DNA of 35,188 bases, from assembly GCF_001194135.2 (NCBI RefSeq), contig NC_068982.1, forward strand, positions 16,049,453-16,084,640. Direction: 5' to 3'. The stretch comes from Octopus bimaculoides. Lineage: Eukaryota. Under the pieces are notes generated by a model. That model searched no databases, was not told the origin of the DNA, and was given only the letters and a program-made list of their open reading frames with translations. The position numbers and the translations under genes were made by a program. This document shows positions 22,280-34,540 of this stretch, one piece after another. The first letter of the stretch is position 1. The number at the start of each line of letters is the position of its first letter.

Positions 22280-23025
22280 AAGTTCTAATTCTGTAGGGTA
22301 AAAACAGTAGGTTAGAAAACTATAGGAGGACGAGTTAAAGAGGACGCTTTCTCGATCACCTTTGATTAGCAGCCAAATCGCCACCGTTACATTGTAGCGA
22401 TTAAAAAGAGAACGAAAACGTGTGTAGCTGGAATATTTGGTAATCCTAAAACACCGAAGAATCGAAACTGGACTGCTATGTTTCAACAGTCATGATTTTT
22501 CTTACAGACCAATTAGATATCTGGCAGAGAACTCTGTATTAACACGAACGCGATTCGTTCAATTATTGACGATTTCAGTTACTGGCCACTCAGACATCTC
22601 TAAAACAGAATCTCATCTGCAAATTGTTTTTTCGCGTTTCTTTTTCAATTACAAAAAAAAAACCTCAACAATATATAGAATTCTTTTGCCACTAGCAAGC
22701 AGTGGTGACATACGCGTGTTGCTGCTAAACTGACCACTCTCACTACTGTCATTCTCGACCGCAACAGCATCTCACAAACTGTTGATTTAACTGGTGTAAA
22801 CATCTTTTCTGTGGTTGATAGTAACGACAGTACATAGTTTTATTGACGATGAAAATAAATATTTTTGCATTTGAAATATCAAACAGAATTTCTGTTGCAT
22901 TCATCGACATGAAGTCAAATCCATCAAATCGATGCACTGGGGATAAACCAAAAACAGAAGCATTCATATTGTTACATGTGTGAATCTAGGGTATGCAGTT
23001 ACTGATTTATTACATCCCAAACGAA

Positions 23026-23240
23026 GGTGGCGAGCTGGCAGAATCGTTAGCACACCGGACGAAAAGCTTAGTGGTATTTCGTCCGTCTTTACGTTCTGAA
23101 TTGAAATTCAACCGCGGGGATCGACTTTACCTTTCATACTTTCGGAGTTGATAAATTAAGTACCAGTTACGCACTGAGGTCGATGAAATCAACAAGTCCC
23201 CTCCCCCAATATTTCAGGCCTTGTACCTTTAGTAGAAAGT
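23026..23240 (+). mobile_element. SINE family B
   Basis: ggtggcgagctggcagaatcgttagcac...tcaggccttgtacctttagtagaaag. Confidence 0.9.
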
Positions 23241-23299
23241 CGAAAGGTTACATCTCAAACAGACGAAATGTTCACAGCTTTTTCAGCACTAAGAGATAA

Positions 23300-23495
23300 T
23301 GATTTCAAATTTTGGCACAAGACCAGTTTTTTGAGGGGAAGGGCATGTCAATTACATCAATCCAGGTACTCGAACCCGAAAAGAGGAAAAGTGAAATCGA
23401 CTTCGGCGGAATGTGAACTTAGAACATGTATATCGACGAAATGCCGCCTTGCATTTTGTCCGGTATGTTTAACGGTTCAGCCAGCTCATCGCCTT
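23300..23495 (-). mobile_element. SINE family B
   Basis: tttcaaattttggcacaagacc...gttcagccagctcatcgcc. Confidence 0.85.
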
Positions 23496-23722
23496 AGCAC
23501 AAAGATTTAATAGCTAAGCGTAAGCGATCACCCAGCTTCACATCATTTTTGGCATTTGTTTGACTTCAATGGAATCCACTCTGATGTAGGTTTTCAGGTC
23601 AGATCTACAATCTGCGGATAATTTCTCTCTTCCCACTAATCTTAGATATCCTGAGAAAGAGCAAGAGAAATATTTAAGAATTATGACAGTCATTGACTTG
23701 TACTCTTCTCGTCTTTTACATC

Positions 23723-23800
<78 letters not shown>

Positions 23801-23823
23801 GCACGCTAGAAAAATGCTGCTCC

Positions 23824-24050
23824 TAGTTACTCCCACCGTTTACTCACGCTTGGTTGAATTTCTACACTGACATTCAGGGCACTGAGCAGAAATCACATCG
23901 CGTCTGTGCGGCTCGGCCAGCTACGCGACGCTCTGGTTTACTTTGACAGTCGGATTCCCCCCGGTCCGTACCAGTTCCGAGTCGACTGTTCGGCCTTACA
24001 TGTCATTCTGGTTTTGTGGCGTGAAGCAAAGCTGGCCTAGCCGTCCACTC
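23824..24050 (-). pseudogene. 28S rRNA gene fragment (dispersed, decayed)
   Basis: Minus strand reads GGAACTGGTACGGACC..GGGGAATCCGACTGT..GACGCGATGTGATTTCTGC.CAGTGC.CTGAATGTCA..AGAAATTCAACCAAGCG.G.GTAAACGG.GGGAGTAACTA, the conserved LSU core, with CpG-type transitions. Best supported at 23824-23992. Confidence 0.9.
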
Positions 24051-24239
24051 AAGAAAACACATAGTAAATGATCCACAAGCGCTCAATTAAACTGAGTCCT
24101 CAACTTGTTCCATTTGCCAAAAGGTTTGCAAGGCTCCAGATATTCTCAAGAGACACACTCGTGTCTATAGAATATGATTAATGCTTTATTTTACCGTTTT
24201 ACTGAACCCTCATTTGTCATTCACAAGAGAATCCGACAT

Positions 24240-24295
<56 letters not shown>

Positions 24296-24529
24296 TAGAT
24301 TTCCCTGTAGAATATTTACTGATTGACTCTGCTACATATGTATGAGAAGTAAATAGTTATCGATTTTTAATATCTTACATATATCTTGTTTATTGGTATA
24401 GATAGACTTTTTATATTAGGTTAGATTATCCAAATTTATTTGAGGTGTGTATATTTATCAGTTCCTGGTTCATTAAAAAGCAACAAAATGAATAATAACA
24501 ATACCATATACAGGTAGGTAGACATAAAT

Positions 24530-24790
24530 ATACATATAAACATATACGTATCAACATTTAGATGTATATACACATATACATACACATATATATGTATATA
24601 TATTTGTATGTTTGTATGAATGTGTGCATATATGTGTGTGTGCATGTATGTATATGTATGTGTGAGTATGTGTATATATATATGTGTGTGTGTATGTGTG
24701 TATATATGTAGGTGTGTGTATGTTTGTATATACATGTGTGTGTATGTGTGTATATATATGTGTGTGTATGTGTGTATATATATGTGTGTG

Positions 24791-24821
<31 letters not shown>

Positions 24822-24885
24822 ATGTGTATATATATATGTGTGTGAGTGTGCGTGTGTATGTATGTGTATATATATATATATTATA
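24530..24885. repeat. Compound TA/TG microsatellite
   Basis: Read directly from the sequence. Confidence 0.95.
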
Positions 24886-24887
24886 TA

Positions 24888-25265
24888 CGAGTGTCCTACC
24901 CAGAGTTGAGCAAAAATAGACATGTCTTTTATGGCATAGGTCGTTCAAATTGCACGTATTGGTAGAAATATTAATCCTCTGTGCCACGATTATAACTCGG
25001 CATAGTTTCCATCATAAGTGATACATTTGTGGTATCATTGACCCCTACTCTCGAATCCTCTTTGAAAGAATTCTGTTCTGTTGCACCCAATTCTTCGCGG
25101 TCACTTTCGCCTCATCTGTCATCAAGTCGTTGCCCTCGAAGACCGTCCATCGCTTGACCGAACAAGTAGAGGTCGGAGAGTGCCTGTCCAGGAGTGTACG
25201 GTGGATGGGGGACCTAACCATCCCAATTTACCGATTACCGGCCAAGGATGTTTGTGATTATACAT
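24888..25265 (-). mobile_element. Mariner transposon 3' fragment
   Basis: Minus strand reads HPPYTPGQALSDLYLFGQAMDGLRGQR and HKCITYDGNYAEL* (compare HPPYSPDLAPSDYHLF and KCIxxxGxY). A TA|CGAG-type terminus lies at 24886-24891. Confidence 0.85.
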
Positions 25266-26944
25266 TGTAATGAGTATGTATGGGTATATGTGTGTGTGTA
25301 TGTGTGTGTCTGCTCAAAAAAAAAAATCGTTAGCTCTAGTAATTAACAAATTAAAGAAAAGAAAAGCATGCAGTGGAAGGTGACTTTGACTTTTGTCAAC
25401 TATAGTTACAACTCTGGATGTGTTTTAGTATTTTAAGACTTCTTCATCGAAACATAATCTACTAATTTCTCGGCTGCTTAAATACACATGAGAAAATTGC
25501 CTTATTTTTACTGGAGAAAAAGGCACTACGTTGATAGAAGCTAAAGTGAGATTGTACAACATTTATGCTCTTTTGAAACGGCATCAGCAACGTATATGAA
25601 TTGTAAGGTTTTGAAAGAAGCTATTAGGAAGCTTGACTCTGTTTTTGACCATTGGATAGAGAAAAAAGAAAAGAGGAAAACGACACAAAGGCAAGAACGA
25701 AAAAGTCAGCAAGGCTGGAAAACAAACACATAGATAGATAGATAGACAGATAGGAGACAACATATGCGAGTTTAGTGAGAGAAGAAAGTATGTGGACGCT
25801 TTTAGGAGAAGTCCTAATTTTAATAAACCTACTTGCAAATAGGTACTGGGTTTTCTGACAGCTGAAGCTTTTTATTAACTAAATCTGGAAATAGGAATCG
25901 AACGTTGGTTATTGATTGATTAGAAATTCTTAGATATTAGCATGAAAGCATGATAAAAAGATTTGTTTCTTGTCATGATGCAAAGTGTCTTATAAGATTA
26001 TTTGTAGAACACAATGTATTGTAATAACAACCTTAATAATAATAACAATAATAATAATATAAAGAAGAAAGGGAAAGGAGAAAAAAAAGCTATATTACAT
26101 TATTATAGGAAATGGTAAGTATAAAATCATCACCAGAGCTGACAGGAATCTCTTACTCACAAAAGTGGCATTACCAAACAGCATACGACATAACATTTTG
26201 ACACAACTGTGTTTGGAACGCATAAGCTAATGTAGTTTATGATGAATATCGATCTTTTTAAAAAAACTTAAACACAATTCCGCAAGTTCGTAGAAAATAA
26301 GGATGAAATAAGATTTTGTGATATTCATGGCTTTCTCAAGATTTATTAGCGGAGTAATTGAAATGAAATAGCTACAAGTGCATATTGAAACTGGCAGAAA
26401 CATCTTACTCTATATCGCTAGCTGTCTGCTAGCAATATTGATTTCTTACATAAGGGCCAAAGCCACATGTTTTTATAGAAAGGGCATGAGAGGTGTAAGT
26501 GAAGTGAATGAAATACCATTGTAGATTCGGCTTACCGGTACGTTATTGTATTTAACAGCGATCGCAAGCTGAAATAGCTAAAGTTTTCTATATATTTGTC
26601 TACTCACAAATACACAAATTTATTGTGGCTGGCGATGGAACATGGCAGCGTACATGTATTTCTTAAAATGGCTAACTTGACAAGATTGAAATCAGATTAT
26701 ATATTGTCTCTTTGGCAACCAGGTATGGTCGTGTGGTCAACAAAAATAGTTCTCTCATTATGACAGGATCCAATTCCGTCCAGAGGCATCACGACCAAGT
26801 CTTCTTTCTACCGTTACCTCGGATTGTCCAAGGCCTTGTGATTGAAATTTCGTTGACAGAAATAGTGGACATAACCATCATATATGTACATATGCGTGTG
26901 TGTATGTATGCACATATGTGTGTATGTATGCACATATGTGTGTA

Positions 26945-27106
26945 TGGCTGTGTGGTAGGAAGATTGCTTTTCAACCACATGGTGCCGGGTTCAGTCCCAC
27001 TGCGCAGCACCTTGGGCAAATGCCTTCTATTACAGCTCCGGGCCGACCAAATCCTTGTGAGTGGATTTGGTAGACGGAAACTGCAAGAATCCCGTTGTAT
27101 GTATAA

Positions 27107-27141
<35 letters not shown>

Positions 27142-27380
27142 AGTGTGTGTGAGATGTGTGCGCCTGTGTTAGTCCCCCAGTCATCGCTTGACAACCGATG
27201 CTGGTCTGTTTGTATCCCCGTAACTTAGCGGTTCGGCAAAAGAACCGATAGAATAAGTACTAGGCTTACAAAGAATACGTCCCGGGGGTTTCGATTTCTT
27301 CGACTAAAACCCTTTAAGGCGGTGCTTTAGCATGGCCGCAGCCAAATGACTGAAACAAGTAAAAGAGTAAAACAATAAAA
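26945..27380 (+). mobile_element. SINE family A
   Basis: Head, internal microsatellite and tail match family A. Confidence 0.9.
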
Positions 27381-27679
27381 GAATATATATATATTTATAT
27401 ATATATATTTATATATATTACACACCCACCAACACATAGACACAGATGAAATGTTTTTGGAATTATTATTTCGAATGAGCTAGCATAACAATTAACCAAT
27501 ACTTAGAACTCCTTGAAAATCCAAGAATATCCAAATTCTAGCCAGATATCAAACATAATGTGTCCTCCATTTTCGTTTGGTATAATGTTCATTTGAATAA
27601 CCTGCTTAGTTTACGTCCGAGAGTAGAATAAAACAGATTTTGTAAGTTTTTATTATAATTTTGTATATATATTTCATGT

Positions 27680-28028
27680 GGAGGCGCAATGGTCAAGTGG
27701 TTAGAGCAGCGGTCTCGTGGTTTCGATTCCCAGACCGGGCATTGTGAGTGTTATTGAGCGAAAACACGAAGCTTCGGCAGAAGGTGGAGGCGAACCCTAT
27801 TGTACTCTTTCAACACAACTTTCTCTCACTCCTTCTTCCTGTTTCAGTTGTACCTGTTTTTCAAAGGGCCAGCCTTGTCACACAGTGTCACGCTGAATCT
27901 CCCTGAGAACTACGTTAAGGGTACACGTGTCTGTGGAATGCTCAGCCACTTGCATGTTGATTTCACGAGTAGGCTGTTCCGTTGATCGGATCAACTAGAA
28001 CCTCTCATCGTCGTAACCGACGGAGTGC
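27680..28028 (+). mobile_element. tRNA-derived SINE, family C
   Basis: ggaggcgcaatggtcaagtggttagagcagc (A box), ggtttcgattccc (B box), and the tail ..gaaccctctcatcgtcgtaaccgacggagtgc. Confidence 0.85.
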
Positions 28029-28356
28029 TGTAGTAATATATTGCATAAGCTGTACGCGTTTCACTAGTGAATACTGGCATGGTGTGCAGTAATCTTTACG
28101 TAGATGAGCACATAATCACATTGAAATTCCAGGTCTTCAGAAGAGAATAGTAATTTAATAATTTACCTCACTTGATTAGCAGTACTAAATAAGAACTGCC
28201 AGTTTATCGCACTAGATTATGTAATAATACAAAGACAAACTTCCCATTTTCTTCTGCTCTCGGATATGTGTGTGTGCGTGCGTGTGTGTCTATGTCTGCG
28301 TATGTATTTATACGTGTAAATATAATAGATATGTGTATATTTATATATATGTATAG

Positions 28357-28369
28357 GCATATAGGTGTG

Positions 28370-28412
<43 letters not shown>

Positions 28413-28453
28413 CATATAGGTGTGTATNNNNNNNNNNTAGGCATATAGGTGTG

Positions 28454-28496
<43 letters not shown>

Positions 28497-28625
28497 CATA
28501 TAGGTGTGTATAATATATATATATGTATATATATAGGCATATAGGTGTGTATAATATATATATATATATAGGCATATAGGTGTGTATAATATATATATAT
28601 ATATATATATTGGCATATAGGTGTG

Positions 28626-28686
<61 letters not shown>

Positions 28687-28698
28687 CATATAGGTGTG

Positions 28699-28745
<47 letters not shown>
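28357..28745. repeat. Minisatellite: ggcatataggtgtgtataa + variable (TA)n, ~8 units
   Basis: Unit starts near 28357, 28411, 28440, 28495, 28536, 28571, 28612 and 28685; includes a 10-N gap. Confidence 0.9.
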
Positions 28746-28749
<4 letters not shown>

Positions 28750-29544
28750 CGCATACACATGCACACAACGGAGTACCAGTAGCAGTACCGACAAACAGGC
28801 ACTTTGAAAGCTACTTTGCAAGACTAAATCCAGTTTCCTGTATGGCGGAGGCGGGGACTCTACTCAAATATTAAGGGAGTTCTGAAATGTTTTAATGGAA
28901 TTCCCGTCTGATATTCACCCTTCTCATTTGTTCAGGCTCTTAACCGATGTGTCTTTATTGTTCCATCCCCTTGTTGGCCCAGCAGACAAGAATGGGTTAA
29001 ACTGATATTTAAATCTACGTAACTAAATTTCTTCAAAACTACCGATGGTTAAATTCGCTTCTGTAGCTACTCAAGTAACTCCTTTCACCAAATGATGTTT
29101 TGCAAACGCCCATTTTTGTGGTTATTAATTACCATTGGTAGAAAACGAAAGTAACAAAAAAGAATAATAATAAATAAAGCTAAAATGAATTATTTTATAT
29201 TTAATTACTGAGAAATCAATAATTTATTAATACTAAAAGTATATAGTACAAAAAGAAATATTTTCTATTGAGATGAAAATAAGCGTTGAACCAGTAAAAC
29301 AACACATTTGGCTTTAATTTATCATTCCATTAATTTTATTAAAGAGCATTCATTTAAAAAAAACTATATTTATGAACTTAGATCTAAAAGACCGTTGATA
29401 TTCGACCTTGGTGCAATATCAGTAATGTTTTCTGTTCACTGGCAAGGCAACGTTATGTTTATACCTTAATACCAGCAAAAATTGTTTTCGAAAATTTGTT
29501 TAATATATAAAGTATTGTACCTGGATTAAAGTCTTCTTTTATTC

Positions 29545-29937
29545 TTCTATTCTTTTACTTGTTTCAGTCACTTGACTGTGGCCATGCTGGAGCACCACTT
29601 TTAGTCGAACAAATCGATCCCAGAGCTTATTCTTTGCAAGCCTCGTACTTATTCTAGCGATTTCCTTTTGCCGAACCGCTAAGCGACGGAAACGTAAACA
29701 CACCCACATCAGTTGTCAAGCGATGATGGGGGGGGGGAACACAGGCAAATAAATATATATATATATATATATATACGACGGGCTTCTTTCAGTTTCCGTC
29801 TACCAAATCCACTCACATGGATTTGGTCGACCCGAGGCTACAGCAGAAGACACTTACCCAAGCTGCCACACAGTGGGACTGAACCCGGAATCCATGTGGC
29901 TGGTAAGCAAGCTACTTACCACACAGCCGCTCTTGCG
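29545..29937 (-). mobile_element. SINE family A
   Basis: Reverse complement of the complete family A layout. Confidence 0.9.
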
Positions 29938-30349
29938 CAAGAAAAATCACAACCTTCTAAATCCTCTAAATATCTAGTCTTCCCCATAGTACCCCTTTAT
30001 ATTTCGCACACCATTGTGAGAACTTAAACCCTTATATATACCCCTGGCTGCGTTTTCGCAACGCAAAACCTGCTCCTGCTTGTTTGGACATGAACTCGCT
30101 GGGTAGCATCTGACTGAGCATACGAAATGCTCAGTAGGTAGTCAACACCCGTAGCTAACAGTTGCATACTGTCCTTCTCTTCCAAATTGTGAAAGCTTAC
30201 CGTAACGTTTAATCTAAATACAGTGAAATTTTAAGACTTCATTTACTTTTATGGGCTTATATGGATTAACACCTAGTGGACTGGAGAAATGAAATCTCCA
30301 GTCTACTGGATTAATGAAATCTTGCTATGTAGGGAGTAACGTGAAGATG

Positions 30350-30495
30350 CATGACTTAGGGGTTATAGTGTTCGACTCATGATCATAGGATTGTGATTTC
30401 GATTCCTGGAACGAGTGATACGTTGTGTTCTTGAACAAAACACTATTTCACATTGCTCCAGTCCACTCAGCCGGTAAAAATGAGTTATCCTGTGA
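30350..30495 (+). mobile_element. tRNA/CORE-like SINE, 5' part
   Basis: gcatgacttaggggttatagtg..gatttcgattcc..ttgtgttcttgaacaaaacactatttcacattgctccagtccactcagc. Confidence 0.7.
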
Positions 30496-30554
30496 AAAAA
30501 CTGGAAAGCTGGCTCTGTGCTCCTAACGGAATAATGTAGACTAACCATGAAGGG

Positions 30555-30810
30555 GTGGAAGCACATGGGTCGAGGGATCGCGGGTTCGAATCTCAGACCG
30601 GGCGATGTGCGTATTTATGAGCGAAACACTTAAGCTTCACGCGGCTCCGGCAGAAGGTAATGGCGAACTTCTGCTGACTCTTTCGCCACAACTTTCTCCC
30701 ACTCTTTCCTCCTGCATCTAGCAGCTCACCGCCCAGGTGGGGAAAGCCATACGTCAATGAAACCGGTCCTTATGATCCAGGCATGAATCGAGAAGGAACA
30801 AACAACAAAA
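30555..30810 (+). mobile_element. SINE family C-like copy with a different 3' tail
   Basis: gggttcgaatctcagaccgggc..gagcgaaacac..ctctttcgccacaactttctc is shared with 27680-27840, after which the two copies diverge. Confidence 0.75.
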
Positions 30811-31004
30811 CAATCATGAAAGGAGTACTAGAATTCGGACTATAGTTAAGATATTTGTAAATTCATTCAGGGAATTCCATGGATCGAATTTCGAACAAGA
30901 AACTGTACCATCTCGACAACTTCCAGAGCTGTGTGTATCTCTATGTTAAGAACCTCTTGAAACCAATTGGTCACCTGGAAGTATCTAAGCTCTATCTTTT
31001 ATCT

Positions 31005-31375
31005 GTCACTTGGTTCAGTCATTAAACGGCGGCCATGCTGGAGCACCACCTTGAAGAATTTTTAGTTGAATGAATTAGCCCCAGTAACTTTTTTTTTCAA
31101 GAGCTTGCAATTTATTCTGTCGGTCTCTTTCGTCGAACTACTAAGTTACGGGGCCATAAACAAACCAACACCGATTTTCAAGCGGTGGTGTGGGGCAAAG
31201 ACGCACTTATATATGTTCATATGTGTGTGCGCGTGAGTGTGTGTATGTATATGTGTGCGTATACATGCATATATATATGAAAATAGTACAAGACTAGGTG
31301 AAAAGCGCTTTATTTAATATGTGACATTAATAAAAATCTGTAAATGTACAAACGTCCAGATTTCTGAGTACCTTA

Positions 31376-31418
<43 letters not shown>

Positions 31419-31575
31419 TACATGTTTCTTTCTGTTTCCGTCTACCAAATCCACTCACAAAGTTTTGGCCGTCCCGAGTCTATATTAGAAGACAACTTGC
31501 CCAAGGTGCTGCGCAGTGGGACTGAACTCGGAACAATGTGATTCAGAAGGAAGCTTCTTCCTGCACAGCCATACT
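31005..31575 (-). mobile_element. SINE family A with expanded internal spacer
   Basis: Tail at 31005-31190 and head at 31425-31575 (gcgcagtgggactgaactcgg). Confidence 0.85.
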
Positions 31576-32234
31576 TGCGCCTTAATTCACCGTCTTCGAA
31601 ATCACTGGTTTTTATTTTTAAGAAACTTGGCATCAATAATAATTTACCAACGTCACATGTTGTTTTACAGGAAACGATCCACCGACAGGAAATCTTAAGA
31701 ACTTCATAAGTATACAAAAATATTAGATATGTGAATTCTAATCTTATTTTTCCTTATAAATCCTTAATTGAAATTTCTAATTCACATATGAAGACACGAA
31801 TAGCTCCCACGTAATAACTGCGTCCACCAGGGGAAAACGTGTGGTTGTTCATTATTGTTCGTATTAAATGTAAAAGCAACACAAAATTGCATATCTTCTG
31901 ATCCTAACATACAAATATTTTTTGTCAAGTTAATATATAACCAATATATTTAGCTTTTATTACATAAATGCTGGTTGTTGAATCTAATACTATTTAAGCA
32001 ATGTCTAATAAAAGAAAAAATCGCGAGAATGTTCGACAAAGTTGCAAACTGCTTGAATTTTTCTTTATACATAGAGTTAACGTATTAATCAAATGAATAC
32101 GTGAATACGAACATAAGAGAACAGCGAATATATTTCGTATGAAGCTCTTCATATTTTCTACTTATGAAGAACTCTTATGTATGTATGTACGTACCTACAT
32201 ACGTACGTATGTATGCATGCATGTATATACATAT

Positions 32235-32390
32235 CAACATCACTGTTTAACGTCCGCTTTCCAAGCTAGCATGGGTTGGATGGTTTGATTGAGGACTGGA
32301 AAGCCAGGCCCCAATCTGATCTGGCAAGGTTTCTACAGCTGGCAGCCCTTCCTAACGCCAACCACTCTGTGAGTGAAGTGGGTGCTTTTT
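32235..32390 (-). mobile_element. RTE-type retroelement 3' tail fragment
   Basis: Minus strand ends ..ccaacccatgctagc.tggaaagcggacgttaaac and contains the gcccttcctaacgccaacc motif; the classification is from recall. Confidence 0.6.
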
Positions 32391-32427
32391 TTCATCTTTA
32401 ATTACAACATAAGATACAATATCTAAG

Positions 32428-32640
32428 TGTGCGTCTTTGTGTCAGTGTTTATCGCACCCATCGTCGCTTGACAACCGATGTTGGTGTGTTTATGTCCCTG
32501 TAACTTAGCGGTTCGGCAAAAGATGCCGATAGAATAAGCACTAGGCTTACATAGAATAAGTCCTGGAGTCAATTTCTTCGACTAAAACCCCTTAAAAACC
32601 CCCAGCATGACTGCAGTGAAATGACTGTAACAAGTAAAAA
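32428..32640 (+). mobile_element. SINE family A, 3' half
   Basis: tcgcttgacaaccgatg..aacttagcggttcggcaaaag..cagcatgactgcagtgaaatgactg. Confidence 0.85.
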
Positions 32641-32680
32641 AATATACATTACACAGAGAAAGAGAGAGAGAGAGAAAGAA

Positions 32681-32719
<39 letters not shown>

Positions 32720-32737
<18 letters not shown>

Positions 32738-34540
32738 TCGTACTTTGTTTTGACTTGTTCATACAGCTGGACGCCTAGGTATGCTATCACTATGTTGGTG
32801 TATGTTGGAGCAACTATTGTGACCATCGCAGTCCCAGATATATGTTGATAGGTGTTTTGTTTGAAAATAAATTTATATTGAAAGATTAATTTCAATCACT
32901 GATGATTTTTATATCAATTTGGTTTGGAATTTCACCAGGAAATTTTCTTACTCAAAAAGCTATTGTTCCCAATCCATACTTGTGTAGAATGATAGTATAA
33001 AGATTTACTGCAAAGAAATCGATGATAATATTCGTGTTAACTTTTTTTAGGAGATAGTTCAATAGGTCTTTGTCATCCCATATCAAACTTGATTTATATT
33101 TTAAGATGCGTTTTAACAGTGTGTCAATGAAGTTGCTAAGTCGGTGTGTTTCACAGGCTGGGCTTGTTATAATCGGTAATGGCATGCGTATTTATGTAGA
33201 CTGAAAATGATTCTTTGCAGGCACCGTTGCTTTATTTTTGTGGATTTGGTAAGCCAGTAGAAGATACTGGTCTTGCCTATGAAGTTTGTTAGTTAACCAA
33301 TTTCTTTATTAAAGTTTATTTCCATGTTGGCCTATGAAGGTTTTAAGTTTCGATATTGTTTTAGTTTGTTGGTAGTTATTTAATATCTTATAGTGGATCG
33401 TGTCTTGAAATAGAATTAATTCCGTTTCTTTTTTGCGTTGCTCTATATTCATATCTACAGCATTTTTATTATCCGCTTCTTTTATAACAATGTTATGGTT
33501 TTTCAGGTCGTATATGTAGTTTTTCATTCTATTCGACTTGTGTTGGACGTCGATATAAGAAACCGAAGTGAATTTTAAATCTTTTGAAAGGATTTAGATT
33601 TGTTCTTTTGAGAGGTCAAGGTGAAAACACTCATTATTTTAGGATTCTTACCAACCACCGATTCTCCTGGAATCTTTCTTTTGAGCAAAAAACTGTTTTT
33701 TGAAGTTTGTTCTTTTGGTTATGTTCAAGACTGTGTGGTGACTGTCAGCTTCTATCTGGCGTTCTAGAATACTTTTGTTACTTTGTATGTCCCAATAGTG
33801 GTTGTTCATGTCTGGGACAGTCTCTCTAAGCATAAGTACTGTTTTCGATGAGTGTATTGGAATTTCCGGTTTTGGAAGACTTTCTGTCTTGGAGGAGAAG
33901 GGTACAATTGGTGTTGCTGCTTACGAATCTTTGCTGGGTATAATTTATAACTTTCTATGTTTGTTTGGTCGTTTGTAAGTAGAACTGGTGTTCTTTTTTT
34001 AATTTTTGTTATCGTTCTGAAATTCATCTTCGTATTTGTTGAACCAGACAATGTTCTTTTCCTAACGTCGAACAGATGTTAATTCTTCATTTAAACATTT
34101 TTCTCTCCAGAGTTTAATAGTGTTTTCATATAAAGCACCATCAATATTTTTTTAAATGTTCACTTCAATATGTTCTTCAGCAGATGTGACATTTTGTTCC
34201 TTAGAATTCGCCCTTTATTTCAATAATTCAGTTATTTGCCATTTTTAACATTTCAAGAGTCATCCTTTCTGTAAGTTATCTTTGTTTTGTCTTTCTTCTT
34301 CGGGTTTATTTTTGATAGGTTTTATTTGAAGTTTTCCGAGAGAATGATTAGGGTTGCACTCAACCTATTCTCATAAAAGCTTACTTTGCAGCTGTTCTTT
34401 AAAATATTCCAAATTGTACATTTTCAGGTTGCGAGGTTTTCATTCCAGATATGACTAACTGCATTTAACCAAGTATGTTGATCGTTACAAATCGGTATTG
34501 TTTTCTTGCTTTGGATTTGAGTTTTGCTCCAGATTCTGGG
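32720..34540 (-). mobile_element. Penelope-like element remnant: N-terminal region plus partial reverse transcriptase (pseudogene)
   Basis: NIVIKEADNK (compare IKxADKG), PIITSPACETHRLSNFIDTLLK, VNLYTIILHKYGL (compare DVxSLYTNIP) and QHISGTAMVTIVAPTY (compare GTAMGTxxAPTYA). Truncated by (GA)n before the YxDD motif and the GIY-YIG domain. Confidence 0.9.

Noticed and set aside
22097-22967. ORFs 22097-22486, 22437-22733 and 22749-22967 and nearby splice-like sites
   Set aside because: No recognisable protein or consistent exon structure is present.
27680-27745. tRNA-like sequence
   Set aside because: It is a SINE head with A/B boxes but no complete cloverleaf, and it continues into SINE body; the same holds for the other heads.
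28357-28745. Repeat-spacer pattern reminiscent of CRISPR
   Set aside because: The spacers are (TA)n only, the context is eukaryotic, and there are no cas genes.
28840-28860. atggcggaggcgggg as a YY1/GC-box promoter
   Set aside because: It is a single short motif with no CpG island or downstream exon evidence.
30277-30298. Resemblance of tggactggagaaatg to miR-184
   Set aside because: The seed differs, and the sequence would run through the hairpin loop.
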